The notes below the pieces were generated by a model. That model was not told where the DNA came from. It saw only the letters and a program-made list of their open reading frames with translations, and made no database searches. Shown here in pieces: positions 9,313-19,454 of a stretch of 31,686 bases of DNA. This stretch comes from Promethearchaeota archaeon (GTDB lineage: Archaea; Asgardarchaeota; Thorarchaeia; Thorarchaeales; Thorarchaeaceae): contig JALVPN010000143.1 of the NCBI GenBank assembly GCA_027031765.1, positions 1 to 31,686 on the forward strand. Direction: 5' to 3'. The translations under genes were made by a program, and so were the position numbers. The first letter of the stretch is position 1. Every line of letters begins with the position of its first letter.

Positions 9313-12300
9313 CCCATCCGCCTCAGTGGGCTTGGGCCAAGACGTTCAACAAGTTCCGTCAGCTCCTTCGTCTTCTCAGCCCAGACTGCCCCCTCACTGG
9401 CACTGATATGTGTGAACTGTAGCCGTTCGGGCTCCAGACCCGCCTTCTCGATTATCTTCTTGGCAACTGCATACCTGCGCTCAAAGGCAATGTTCCCATC
9501 GACATAGTGGCAGTCGCCCACATGACACCCTGATATCCAGACCATGTCTGCACCCATCCGGAACGCCTCAAGGATGTGCATGACGCTCACACGTCCCGTA
9601 CACATCACCCTGATGTCGCGGACTGTCGTGGGCTGCTGGAGCCTCGCAACGCCAGCCTGGTCTGCCCCTGCATAGGTACACCAGTTACAAATGATTGTGA
9701 GGATGCGCAGCTGTGCTGGTGGGATGTCCTCAAGGGCTGCGCGGATCTGTGAGAGTATCTGGTCGTCGGTGAAGTGCTTCATGGTTATTGCGCCTGCAGG
9801 ACAACCGGCAGCACACTTCCCGCAGCCCTGGCAGAGCACGGGGTTGCTCACTGCATAGTCGTGCCCGCCGTCACCCGGTACCACAGCAATCGCACTGTAG
9901 GAACAGTTGATCTCACAGGTGCCACAGCCCACACAGACCTCAGGGTCGACAACCGACACTATGGCCTCGGCACGCCTGACCCCGCTGATGAGTGGTACAA
10001 GGGCCCTGGCGGCAGCACCCTGACCCTGGGCAATGGCGTCAGCAATCGACTTGGGTGCTGTGGCAGTCCCTGCAACATACACGCCATCGGTCTGGAAGTC
10101 GACAGGACGCAGCTTTGGGTGCGCCTCCATGAAGAAGCCAGACTGATCCAGGGGCACCTTGAAGAGCTCGGAAAGGGCCTTGTTTGACTCATGGGGCACC
10201 ATCGCCGTAGCCAAGACAACATGGTCGGCATCGAAGACGAGGCCCGCACCAAGCACCTGGTCCCGTACCTCGACATGCAGTGCCTTCTTTGAGCCCTTCT
10301 TGACCACTGGTGGGGCGTCCTTATCAAAGCGGACGAAGAGCACACCCCGTTTCCGGGCCTCCCGGTACCGTGCCTCGACATCATAGGACACACGCAGGTC
10401 GCGGTACAGGTGCACAACGCGGGATGACGGGTACTTGTCAAGGAGGTGCAACGAGTGTTCAAGTGCCACTGTGCAACAGATGCTGGAGCACCATGTCCTG
10501 TGGCCGCCCTTCGTAGTGTCCTCCCGTGAGCCGGCGCAGTGGATTACGACAAAGGTCTCACCATCAGCCAGCCCCTCGCCAGTATCAAGGCGCCTGTTGA
10601 ACTCGAACTCGGTCATGACCCCGGGCAGCTCGCCTAGGCCATAGAGGCCCTTCTCCTCAAGGACAGTAGCGCCGGTGGCAATAACGACCACACCCACCTT
10701 GAGCTCACGGTCGCCCTGAGGTGTCCGGACGGTGACCTGGAAGTCCCCAATCGAGCCGCTGGCCACGGTCACTTCCGACTCCAACATGAGTTCAATGTCC
10801 GGATTCGACCTGATGCGGCCCTCAAGTCCAGCTATGACCTGTGAGGTCGGGGTGTCCTCGAAATTCACAGAGTGCAGTCGTCGCAGGAAGCCACCTACCT
10901 GCCCCTCGCGCTCCACAAGGTAGACCTTGTACCCTTTCGATGCGATGACATCAGCAGCGGCCATACCGGCTGGGCCGGCCCCAATGACCAGAGCAGAGGG
11001 CTCAATCTCCGTCATGGCCTCTTCCTGCGGCTCAAGTATGCGTGCACGGGCAACGGCCATTCTTACAAGGTCCTTTGCTTTTTCTGTTGCCTCATCTCGG
11101 GCGGTCTGGTGCACCCATGCACAGTGTTCCCGGATGTTCGCCATCTCAAAGAGGTACTTGTTGAGGCCTGCCTCATCGAGGGTAGCCCTGAACAGCGGTT
11201 CGTGCGTCCTCGGAGTACATGACGCTATGACCACACGGTTGAGCCTGTGCTCCCGGATTGCCTCCTTTATCACCTCCTGCGAGTCTGACGAACAGGAGTA
11301 GAGCAGGTTCTCAGCATACACAACATCCGGCAGGGAGGCAGCATATTCAGTGACCTCCTTCACATCGACCGTGCCAGCGATGTTGATGCCACACGAACAC
11401 ACAATCACACCAATCCGGGGCTCGTCGACCACGACCTGTAGATCCGACTCTTGGAGGGGAGGGGTTGTCGGGGTCTTCTCGACCACAATGTCAAGGGCTG
11501 CAAGGGCTGCCGCTGCACTGCCCTGCGCCACCGAGTCCGGGATGTCCTTGGGGGCCTCACAGGCACCACACATGTATACGCCGGGCACTCCGGTCTCGGT
11601 CTTCGTGAGCTGTCCACCGGCACCGTGCAGGAAACCGTACTCGTCGGCCTTGACACCGAGCTGTGCCAAGAGCCGTGCGTTCGAAGTGGGCACCATAGCA
11701 GGACAGAGGACTACAAGGTCATACCGTTCCGACAGGACTCTGTGCCCCCCCGTATCACTGTGACGGACAATCAGGTCGCAAGTGGTGGGGTCCTCGACAA
11801 TCTCACTCGGGAGCCCCTTGACGTATTGCACCCCGTACTCCCTCTCAGCACGCACTAGGAACTCCTCGAACCCTTTCCCGAATGCACGGAGGTCATTGTA
11901 CAAGACTACAATCTCGACCTCTGGCATGTGCTCTTTTGTGATGATTGCCTCCTTTGTGGCGTAAGTGCAACATATCCGTGAACAGTAGGCGCAGTGGTTC
12001 ACATCGCGCGAACCAACACACTGTACGAACGCAATCCTGTGTGGCTCACGACCATCGGAGGGGCGCATGAGGACACCACCGGTGGGCCCACTTGCAGAGA
12101 CCATCCGCTCGTACTCAAGTGCGCTCACAACATTAGAGAGGCGTCCATAGCCATACTCTGGGAGCTCGGACAGGTCGAGCAGTTCGTAGCCGGTCGCAAG
12201 GACTATCGCACCGGCACTGAGCTCGACTGTCTCGTCATGGATATCGAAGTTGACCGCACCGGCCTTGCAGGTCTTCGCGCACATCATGCACTGGATGCAG

Positions 12301-12764
12301 TTATCGATGTCAATCGTAGCCACGTTGGGCACGGCCTGGGGGAAGGGTATGTATGCGGCCTTCCGCATCTTCAGGCCAAGGTCGTACTCGTTGGGCACCT
12401 CGATTGGACAGATCCTCTGACAGTCACCGCACCCGGTGCACTTGGACGGGTCAACACGGCGCGTGTGCTTGAGCACCTTTACCTTGAAGTCACCACGCGA
12501 GCCCGAGACCTCTACAACCTCGGAGTAGGCCATGACCTCAATATTAGGTTGGCGCGAGCAGTCGACCATCCAGGGGCCCTGGATACACATGCTACAGTCA
12601 AGGGTCGGAAAAGTCTTGTCAAGCTGTGACATGTGTCCACCAATGGAGGGGTTCCGCTCGACCAAGTACACCTTTGCACCCATTTCTGCGAGGTCGAGAG
12701 CAGCGCGCATCCCTGCAATACCAGCACCGATGATGACGACGGGTCTTGGTGTCTTTTGCGCCAT
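9309..12764 (-). CDS. hdrA: Tandem HdrA fused to C-terminal MvhD/FlpD [2Fe-2S] domain, 1151 aa
   Basis: GAGIAG...DKTFPTLDCSMC, ferredoxin inserts, CVGSRD...CSRICC, internal CSCG domain and second FAD module GAGPAG. The C-terminus CNWCTYAGAD...RVMCTGR...GCHVGDCHY is MvhD. ATG 12764 is preferred. Confidence 0.92.
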   Translation of the reverse strand: MAQKTPRPVVIIGAGIAGMRAALDLAEMGAKVYLVERNPSIGGHMSQLDKTFPTLDCSMCIQGPWMVDCSRQPNIEVMAYSEVVEVSGSRGDFKVKVLKHTRRVDPSKCTGCGDCQRICPIEVPNEYDLGLKMRKAAYIPFPQAVPNVATIDIDNCIQCMMCAKTCKAGAVNFDIHDETVELSAGAIVLATGYELLDLSELPEYGYGRLSNVVSALEYERMVSASGPTGGVLMRPSDGREPHRIAFVQCVGSRDVNHCAYCSRICCTYATKEAIITKEHMPEVEIVVLYNDLRAFGKGFEEFLVRAEREYGVQYVKGLPSEIVEDPTTCDLIVRHSDTGGHRVLSERYDLVVLCPAMVPTSNARLLAQLGVKADEYGFLHGAGGQLTKTETGVPGVYMCGACEAPKDIPDSVAQGSAAAALAALDIVVEKTPTTPPLQESDLQVVVDEPRIGVIVCSCGINIAGTVDVKEVTEYAASLPDVVYAENLLYSCSSDSQEVIKEAIREHRLNRVVIASCTPRTHEPLFRATLDEAGLNKYLFEMANIREHCAWVHQTARDEATEKAKDLVRMAVARARILEPQEEAMTEIEPSALVIGAGPAGMAAADVIASKGYKVYLVEREGQVGGFLRRLHSVNFEDTPTSQVIAGLEGRIRSNPDIELMLESEVTVASGSIGDFQVTVRTPQGDRELKVGVVVIATGATVLEEKGLYGLGELPGVMTEFEFNRRLDTGEGLADGETFVVIHCAGSREDTTKGGHRTWCSSICCTVALEHSLHLLDKYPSSRVVHLYRDLRVSYDVEARYREARKRGVLFVRFDKDAPPVVKKGSKKALHVEVRDQVLGAGLVFDADHVVLATAMVPHESNKALSELFKVPLDQSGFFMEAHPKLRPVDFQTDGVYVAGTATAPKSIADAIAQGQGAAARALVPLISGVRRAEAIVSVVDPEVCVGCGTCEINCSYSAIAVVPGDGGHDYAVSNPVLCQGCGKCAAGCPAGAITMKHFTDDQILSQIRAALEDIPPAQLRILTIICNWCTYAGADQAGVARLQQPTTVRDIRVMCTGRVSVMHILEAFRMGADMVWISGCHVGDCHYVDGNIAFERRYAVAKKIIEKAGLEPERLQFTHISASEGAVWAEKTKELTELVERLGPSPLRRMG

Positions 12765-13000
12765 TCTTCGGTCCGCTCCGATGACGGTGCGAGCCGACTG
12801 TTTGGCGATTAATAATTGTGTGGGTGTGAAACAGGCGCGTCGAGGTCGTGACACACATGCGTGACCGGACAGAGGACATGTAACGGGCAGGTCTGAGACC
12901 ACACAGGGGTGACATGTGGTCGGACGGCCATCGCGTAAGTCTTTTAACGTGACCGTGGAGAGGACAACTAGGGCACACGGGTGCCACAGATATCAAGTGT

Positions 13001-13077
13001 GGGCCGGTAGATCAGCCTGGCAGATCGTCTGATTCGCATTCAGGAGGTCGCGAGTTCAAATCTCGCCCGGTCCACCA
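13001..13077 (+). tRNA. tRNA-Ala (CGC), CCA encoded
   Basis: Full cloverleaf: acceptor GGGCCGG/CCGGTCC with the G3-U70 Ala determinant, D stem GATC/GATC, anticodon loop TTCGCAT, T arm GCGAG-TTCAAAT-CTCGC, then ACCA. Confidence 0.95.
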
Positions 13078-13141
13078 CTCTCAACTTCTCTGCATTGCCC
13101 CTGCGGAACCTTCAGAAGGCAACGTTGGTAGACACCCACAC

Positions 13142-13927
13142 ATGGAAGACCAGTTGTACGACTACTGGGAGGCCAATGCCAGGGCCTATGCCAGCCTTAT
13201 CAACAACAGGGGCACCCCTCACCACCGACACATACTGAACCCGTGTGTTGAGCGCCTGTTGGGCGATGTCAGAGGGAAAAGACTGCTCGATGCCGGCTGT
13301 GGGGAGGGCTACCTCTCAAGGTACTACGCCCGCAGGGGTGCAGTTGTCACGGGGATTGATGTGTCGGGAGAGATGATACAGATAGGCAAGGAACGCGCTG
13401 TCGTAGAGGGACTCGATATCGACCACCGTGTAGGGGACATATGCGACTTGAGAGGCGTGCCCGACGACCATTTCGACCTGGTACTGTGCAACCTCGTGCT
13501 GCTGAATATCCCGTGCTTGGACGCAGCCGTGCAGGAGCTGGCCCGAGTCCTCAGGGGACACGGCGTCCTTGTGGCGTCCGTCGTCCACCCGGCATTCAAC
13601 CTCTATGGGCCGGGACGATGGGAGGTGGGGGAGAAGGACTACAAGACGGGGAGGAGGAGAGGGCTGTTCTTCAGGATGGACAACTACTTTGACGAGAAGG
13701 GATATGAGAGGTACTGGCGGACGCGGGCTGGTGAACAGTTCCCCCGCCCAATAGTGTTCTTCCACAGGACGGTCTCCACGTACTTTAGCGCGTTCCGGTC
13801 GTCGGGTCTTATCGTTACGGACATCGAGGAGCCCGTGCCGGACACCGACGACGAGTTTTTCGAACGCGAGAGGAGAGTGCCGGTCTTCATGGTCTTCCGG
13901 GCCTGCAAGGGCACCGGGGTGGCATGA
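13142..13927 (+). CDS. Class I SAM-dependent methyltransferase
   Basis: LLDAGCGEG motif I, GIDVS, GDICDL, FDLVLC and LARVLRGHG. Confidence 0.9.
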   Translation: MEDQLYDYWEANARAYASLINNRGTPHHRHILNPCVERLLGDVRGKRLLDAGCGEGYLSRYYARRGAVVTGIDVSGEMIQIGKERAVVEGLDIDHRVGDICDLRGVPDDHFDLVLCNLVLLNIPCLDAAVQELARVLRGHGVLVASVVHPAFNLYGPGRWEVGEKDYKTGRRRGLFFRMDNYFDEKGYERYWRTRAGEQFPRPIVFFHRTVSTYFSAFRSSGLIVTDIEEPVPDTDDEFFERERRVPVFMVFRACKGTGVA

Positions 13928-13972
13928 GGACATGAGAGGGGTGGTGAAACAGGTGTGCTGTGAGGCGGTGTC

Positions 13973-14416
13973 ATGACGGGAGAAGAGAAACGCTTCACAA
14001 CAGTGGCCCGGGCCACCGGTCAGGGACAGGCATCAGTGTCAGCAGAGGGACGACCTGAGATACACATAGCCCGGCAGGCAGAGGCAATATCAGAGAATGG
14101 GTCATACACACCTGAGGACCTGTTTGTCGCAGCAGGGACGGCCTGCTTTGTGAACTCCTTTGTCTACTTCATGAAGAAGATGCGGATTGAATTCCGGAGC
14201 ATCGAGGTGCGGGCTGTGGGAGTGTTGGGACAGGTGGACAGAAGCTTCGAGATAACACGGGTCGAGTCGCACTTCCGCGTGGTCATCGGGCCAGACACCC
14301 CGGTGGAGCGGGTGCGGCGCGCCCTCGAACTGGGTGCGAAGTATTGTTTCGTGGCAAACAGCATGAAGTGCCCGACACACTACGAACACGAGGTCGTAGT
14401 GGATAGAGGCGCATGA
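13973..14416 (+). CDS. OsmC/Ohr-family protein (copy 1)
   Basis: TPEDLFVAAGTAC...AKYCFVANSM with both conserved Cys. Confidence 0.85.
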   Translation: MTGEEKRFTTVARATGQGQASVSAEGRPEIHIARQAEAISENGSYTPEDLFVAAGTACFVNSFVYFMKKMRIEFRSIEVRAVGVLGQVDRSFEITRVESHFRVVIGPDTPVERVRRALELGAKYCFVANSMKCPTHYEHEVVVDRGA

Positions 14417-14475
14417 GATACATACCAAACTGTTTTTCGGGAGGTCTGCCAGACCGCAGGACGGTGAGAACAGAC

Positions 14476-14907
14476 ATGGAAGACAGTTACGAGTACCATG
14501 TCCGCGTTGACTGGTCCGAGGGAGCAATCGGTGAGATGAGCATCGAGGGGAAGCCAAAAGTCACAATCGGCCCACCCCCGGAGTTCAGGGGACCAGAAGG
14601 TGTGATCACGCCGGAAGACCTCTTCGTGGCTGCCGCCACGGCCTGTCACATGACCACATTCGTGGCATTTGCGAGGAAGATGCGTTTTGAGTTCAAGTCG
14701 CTGACCTGTGAGGGGACCGGCATCCTTGAACGCGTGGACAAGGGGTTCCAGTTCACAAAGCTCATCATGAGGTCCACCGTCGTTGTGGCCTCAGAGGAGC
14801 TACGTGCCAAGGCGATGCGCGCCCTTGAGTTGACCGGTAAGTACTGCCTTGTGACGAACAGCATGAAGTGCGAGACCGTTCACGAGGACAGCGTCATTGT
14901 CGAGTGA
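14476..14907 (+). CDS. OsmC/Ohr-family protein (copy 2)
   Basis: PPEFRG...TPEDLFVAAATAC...GKYCLVTNSM. ATG 14476 follows GGTGAG. Confidence 0.88.
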   Translation: MEDSYEYHVRVDWSEGAIGEMSIEGKPKVTIGPPPEFRGPEGVITPEDLFVAAATACHMTTFVAFARKMRFEFKSLTCEGTGILERVDKGFQFTKLIMRSTVVVASEELRAKAMRALELTGKYCLVTNSMKCETVHEDSVIVE

Positions 14908-15079
14908 ACAGCCCACAAGATGACATCAAGGACTCGATGGCGGGCCAGAGAGCTCACAACCCCGGGCCCGCCGTTGACCGCCCACCTGCTACCAGACCAC
15001 TGGACTGGAGTGTGAGCAAGGTGGTCAGGACAACCGCCCCCTTGGCCCCTGTCAGGACCCGTCCCAGCAGGCCATCGGC

Positions 15080-17536
15080 TCACTGGCGGACGTAGATGGC
15101 CTCGTTGGAGTCGGGGAGCGCAACCCTGACGAACCCGGCTGCGTCATCGGGTACGCCAAAGCGTAGCGACTCGACCCCATGCATTGCCTGGAGGTCTCGC
15201 GCCCACGGCTCCAGACACTGCGGTATGTATGCCTCAGCCACGCCCTGCCTGAGGGACAGGCCTGCCTCACGTTTGAACTTCCAGAAACCACTGTTGACCA
15301 TGAGGAGAAGGGCTGTGTGTTCAGTCAATGGAGATTGCCACTCCTCACGGACAGTGGGATAGGACTGACTGTGAATCCCATGGGCGTCGTATAGCTCGCG
15401 GTATATGCGGTCAGTGATGAACGGTGAGATTGGCGCCAACGCCAAGAGGACTGTCCTCAGTGTCTCATGGAGGGCGAACCACCCGGACTGCTGCTCGTGT
15501 TCGGTGAACGCATTCTCGTTGTTGAAACAGCGTCCCTTCAACATCTCAAGGACATGGTCTGCAAAGAAGTTCCACGTGAAACCGCGTATCTCAATTGCGG
15601 GCTTGTGGAAGTCGAGCTGGTCACACTCCGGGAGGATTCGTCCGACCAAGCTGTTGGTCTCCGCGAGGATCCACTGGTCCACCGCTGTCAGGTCGTCAAA
15701 GGGTATCGGGTCGGGAACCGGGAACATCGACACAAAGCGGGCGATGTTCCACAGCTTGGTCATGAACTTGGCGACTCCAGCCAGGCGTTCCTCGGAGAAA
15801 CGGATGTCACTGCCAAGGCCAGCCTCAAGGACGCCGAACAGCCGGATTGCATCTGCACCGTACTTCTTGACAAGGGGCATGGGCGGAGGAGAGTTGCCCT
15901 TGCTCTTGCTCATGGCCTCGCCCTTCTCGTCCACAACATGGCCCGAGACCCACACTTCTCTGAAGGCCGGCTTGCCAGTGAGCTGATAGGTCCTGAGCAG
16001 TGAGTAGTACAGCCAAGTGCGGACGATGTCCTTGCCCTGTGGCCGGAGGACATTGCCGAAGGCCTTCTTGAACAGCTCTTCGTCCCGGAGGTAGCCGACG
16101 ACCTGCAGGCCACTGATTGAGGAGTCCATCCATGTGTCGAAGGTGCGCTCTTCGCCCCTGAAACCCTCCTCAGCACCGCACTTGGGACACTTTGTGAACG
16201 GCGGGTCCTCGCACCAAGGACGGTAGTAGCGGAGCTCTGACCCAATCTCGGGTACCACAGCTTCCCCACACGCGTTACAGTACCAGACCGGGATCTCGGT
16301 GCCATAGTACCTGCGCCGACTGATTGGCCAGTCCACCGTCACACGGTTCAGCCAGTCGATGAGTATCTGGCGGTGGAAGGGCGGGTAAAAGGTCATTTCC
16401 TGTGCAATCTCGTGTAGGTCATCGATGAACTCCTTCTGACGGACATAGTACTCGTCCATGGCTATGAACTCGATTGGTGTGTGACTGCGCCAGCAGAGGG
16501 GCACCCGCTGCATGGTCTCCTCCTGTTTGTATAGGATGCCCTCCGCTTTCAGGTCCTCGATGATGCGTCTGCGGGCCTCCTCAATCCTCAACCCGGCATA
16601 CTTTCCAGCAGCCTCCGTCATGGTGCCGTCCGGCGACACCGCCGCAACGGGCTTGAGGCCATAGTCACGGAACGCCATCACGTCGGCCTGGTCACCGTAG
16701 CTACACACCATCAGGGCGCCCGTCCCGAACTCCATCTGGGCCGTTGGGCTCTCAATGATGGGCACCTCGAAGTCAAAGAGGGGCACACGTGCCTTCTTAC
16801 CACGGTACTCCTTGTACCGCTCGTCGTCAGGGTGTACGAACACAGCCCCACAGGCACAGAGGAGTTCTGGCCTCGTCGTGGCAATGTGTATTGGTTCCAT
16901 GCCCTCGACAGGGAAGTAGAGGTAGTTCAGCGTGGTCTTCCGCTCCGCGTACTCCACCTCGGCGTCCGCGATGGTGGTGCCACATTCGAAACACCAGTTG
17001 TTCGGACGGTAGTCGCTGTATACGAGGCCCTCGTTCCACAGATGTATGAAGGTGGCCTGTGTCACGGCCCTGTACTCTGGACTGTCAGTACGATAACTGC
17101 CCTCCCGCTCATAGGTGTTGAAACCAATCCCAAGCCTCTTGAAACCCTCGATTGCGACCTCCTCGTCCGCATCCAAGAGCTCCTTACACTTCTGGATGAA
17201 CACCTCACGTGGGGTCTCGTGCATGTTCAGACCGAGCTCCTTCTCGACACGCACCTCTACGGGGAGACCATTGCGGTCGATACCAAGTGGGAAGTTTACC
17301 ACCCAGCCCTGCATACGTCTGTACCGGGCAATCATATCAATCTGGCAGTAGTGTATCACCTGACCGACATGCATTGGTCCCGACAGATATGGGGGCGGGG
17401 TGTCGACCGTGTAGATCTCCCTGTCAGTGGAGGGGTCGAACTTGTAAGTGTCCTCGGTAACCCAGGTCTCGAGCAGGGCCTCTTCGTCCTGCGGTTTCCA
17501 CCGTTTTGATTGTATCTTTGGTTTGAATGGGGACAA
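15080..17536 (-). CDS. valS: Valyl-tRNA synthetase, archaeal type
   Basis: DTPPPYLSGPMHVGQ (HIGH), DWPISRRRYYG, FDTWMDSS, MSKSKGN (KMSKS) and RPQGKDIV. TTG start. Confidence 0.93.
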   Translation of the reverse strand: MSPFKPKIQSKRWKPQDEEALLETWVTEDTYKFDPSTDREIYTVDTPPPYLSGPMHVGQVIHYCQIDMIARYRRMQGWVVNFPLGIDRNGLPVEVRVEKELGLNMHETPREVFIQKCKELLDADEEVAIEGFKRLGIGFNTYEREGSYRTDSPEYRAVTQATFIHLWNEGLVYSDYRPNNWCFECGTTIADAEVEYAERKTTLNYLYFPVEGMEPIHIATTRPELLCACGAVFVHPDDERYKEYRGKKARVPLFDFEVPIIESPTAQMEFGTGALMVCSYGDQADVMAFRDYGLKPVAAVSPDGTMTEAAGKYAGLRIEEARRRIIEDLKAEGILYKQEETMQRVPLCWRSHTPIEFIAMDEYYVRQKEFIDDLHEIAQEMTFYPPFHRQILIDWLNRVTVDWPISRRRYYGTEIPVWYCNACGEAVVPEIGSELRYYRPWCEDPPFTKCPKCGAEEGFRGEERTFDTWMDSSISGLQVVGYLRDEELFKKAFGNVLRPQGKDIVRTWLYYSLLRTYQLTGKPAFREVWVSGHVVDEKGEAMSKSKGNSPPPMPLVKKYGADAIRLFGVLEAGLGSDIRFSEERLAGVAKFMTKLWNIARFVSMFPVPDPIPFDDLTAVDQWILAETNSLVGRILPECDQLDFHKPAIEIRGFTWNFFADHVLEMLKGRCFNNENAFTEHEQQSGWFALHETLRTVLLALAPISPFITDRIYRELYDAHGIHSQSYPTVREEWQSPLTEHTALLLMVNSGFWKFKREAGLSLRQGVAEAYIPQCLEPWARDLQAMHGVESLRFGVPDDAAGFVRVALPDSNEAIYVRQ

Positions 17537-17624
17537 AAGGACGCATACTCCTTGAAGTCAACAAGGGTGTCAGCGGACTGGGACAATGTGTCGGGCCTAA
17601 AAGCATTGTGGACAATAACAGTTG

Positions 17625-17672
17625 GCCAGGGAGTGGACAGTGTGGGGAGGCGGCCACACATCCCCCCCTGGC
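17625..17672 (-). terminator. Long hairpin just downstream of the 17686-18513 gene
   Basis: GCCAGGG/CCCTGGC, GGA/TCC and GTGTGG/CCACAC nested stems, 14 nt past the stop. Function unproven. Confidence 0.35.
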
Positions 17673-17685
17673 GCCGCGTGTCCCG

Positions 17686-18513
17686 CTAGTCCCACACTTT
17701 CTTACCCACTGCCAGTCCAAGGACAATGCCCACGGGTAGCGCTATGAGGGCAGGTGTCAGAGTGGTCAGCAGGGAACCCCCAAGGGCGCTCGTACCACTG
17801 GTACGTGTAAACTTTGTAGACCTCACGTAGTAGATGGTGAGGTCAGCCCGGTACAGCCGCGCGGTCGCTGTGAGTTCGTATGTGGAGAGCACGCCGTCCT
17901 CGTCGTATGATGCAGAGAAGGAGTACTCAAGGGTGCCAGTCGCATTGGTGGGCGGGTCCTCCACATCCACTATGAACCTGAATGCAAAGGTGCCCTCATC
18001 TGCAGAGAATGCCGTGTCGTGGACCATCGGGTTGTGCACCGTTTCGTTGACCGCATTGCTCCAGTCGTCATCATGAGTTGCCCATGAGGGGTTGACAAAG
18101 AAGGAACGCCCGGGATAGCGTGGCACAGATTCTGGGTAGACCCTGAGACTCGTGGCCGATGAGCGGTTGTCATGGTCAGGATCCAGTGTTGTGAGTGACC
18201 AATAGACCTTGTTGGACTGGAACCTACTTGTGCCATTGTAGTCCTCAGGCACGGGCACGCCCTGCGCATTGAAGCCACGGTAGTGATACCGGATTACGTC
18301 ATCACCGCCCGCTGTCGTCACATCCAGGACAGTGATTGAGAACTCTCCGGTCACAAGTGATTTGAAAGTGGGGGCTGTGTCCTGCTGGTAAGTCTGTTCG
18401 AGAAAGGTTCCCGTGAAATAGTATACGTTTCCAACCAGCTGTGCACCGGCGGGTGTGGGGATGAAGGCCACTACGATGATAAAGATCAGTACGGGCAAGG
18501 CACGACTCCTCAA
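17686..18513 (-). CDS. Secreted, C-terminally membrane-anchored hypothetical protein
   Basis: Signal peptide (MRSRALPVLIFIIVVAFIPTPAGA), Thr/Tyr-rich beta-type body, and C-terminal hydrophobic helix followed by KK. Confidence 0.75.
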   Translation of the reverse strand: MRSRALPVLIFIIVVAFIPTPAGAQLVGNVYYFTGTFLEQTYQQDTAPTFKSLVTGEFSITVLDVTTAGGDDVIRYHYRGFNAQGVPVPEDYNGTSRFQSNKVYWSLTTLDPDHDNRSSATSLRVYPESVPRYPGRSFFVNPSWATHDDDWSNAVNETVHNPMVHDTAFSADEGTFAFRFIVDVEDPPTNATGTLEYSFSASYDEDGVLSTYELTATARLYRADLTIYYVRSTKFTRTSGTSALGGSLLTTLTPALIALPVGIVLGLAVGKKVWD

Positions 18514-18752
18514 TAGGCATCACCTATCTGGACAGGAGTCTGCTGCTTGCAATATAAAGGAGCTGGCGGAGGACTGTCGGCTGCCACCCGGCTGGTTGGT
18601 ATCGCCACCACAGGCTGGACATCCACCCGGTCCCTACGTTTGTCCCGTGTGCCAGGCGTGCGGTCGAATTTTCGAACGGCCCGCCTATTCAGGAAAGTTT
18701 CTTTAGGAGCGCAGACTGTGGACGGGTCTGCAGAACCACAAGAGGCCACGAC

Positions 18753-19454
18753 ATGAGGACTGTCCTGAAGCTCGGCGGGTCACTCCTATACGATGAGGAC
18801 GGACGGATACGTGTTGAGAGGATACGCGAGTATGCAGACATCATAAGGGGAGCAGTGGACAGTGGGAACAACATAGTGACCGTCGTTGGTGGGGGGCGGG
18901 CTGCAAGAGAGTTCATTGCAGCGGCCCGGACACTAGGCGGCAGTGAGGCGCTATGCGACTGGCTTGGCATCAGGCTGGCACGGGACAATGCTGAGCTGCT
19001 GGTCGCAGCACTTGGTGATACTGCGTATCCGCGGGTCGTCGAGAACCTCAAGCAGTTGGGGACTGCTGTGCTGACAGGGCGGGTCGTCCTCATGGGAGGC
19101 CTGGTCCCCGGACAGTCCACAAACGCCGTTGCAGCCATGGCTGCTGAGACCATTAACGCGGATGTGCTGCTGAACGCCACAAATGTCGAGGGGGTCTACG
19201 ATAGAGACCCGGGAGAGCCCGGGGCCAGGCTGTTGGAGCGGGTGACCGTCGACGAGCTTGAGTCAATACTGGCGGGCAGCGGTGCGCGTGCAGGCGAGTA
19301 CAAGCTGTTCGACTCGGTAGCAATCAGGATAGTGGGACGGTCACGGATTAAGACCCTGATATTCGATGGACGCGACCCGGACAACGTCCGGCGTGCACTG
19401 GCAGGAGAACCGGTCGGGAGCGTTATAGTACATGACACACGACAGTGCCAGTAG
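18753..19454 (+). CDS. pyrH: Uridylate kinase (archaeal type)
   Basis: VLKLGGS, VVGGGRAAR, MGGLVPGQSTNAVAA, ATNVEGVYDRDP and FDSVA. Confidence 0.93.
   Translation: MRTVLKLGGSLLYDEDGRIRVERIREYADIIRGAVDSGNNIVTVVGGGRAAREFIAAARTLGGSEALCDWLGIRLARDNAELLVAALGDTAYPRVVENLKQLGTAVLTGRVVLMGGLVPGQSTNAVAAMAAETINADVLLNATNVEGVYDRDPGEPGARLLERVTVDELESILAGSGARAGEYKLFDSVAIRIVGRSRIKTLIFDGRDPDNVRRALAGEPVGSVIVHDTRQCQ

Noticed and set aside
3188-12764. Selenocysteine recoding in HdrA/MvhD
   Set aside because: No in-frame TGA in either ORF. The usual positions are Cys (DCSMC, ECSAC, RVMCTG, GCHVGDC), and no convincing SECIS was seen.
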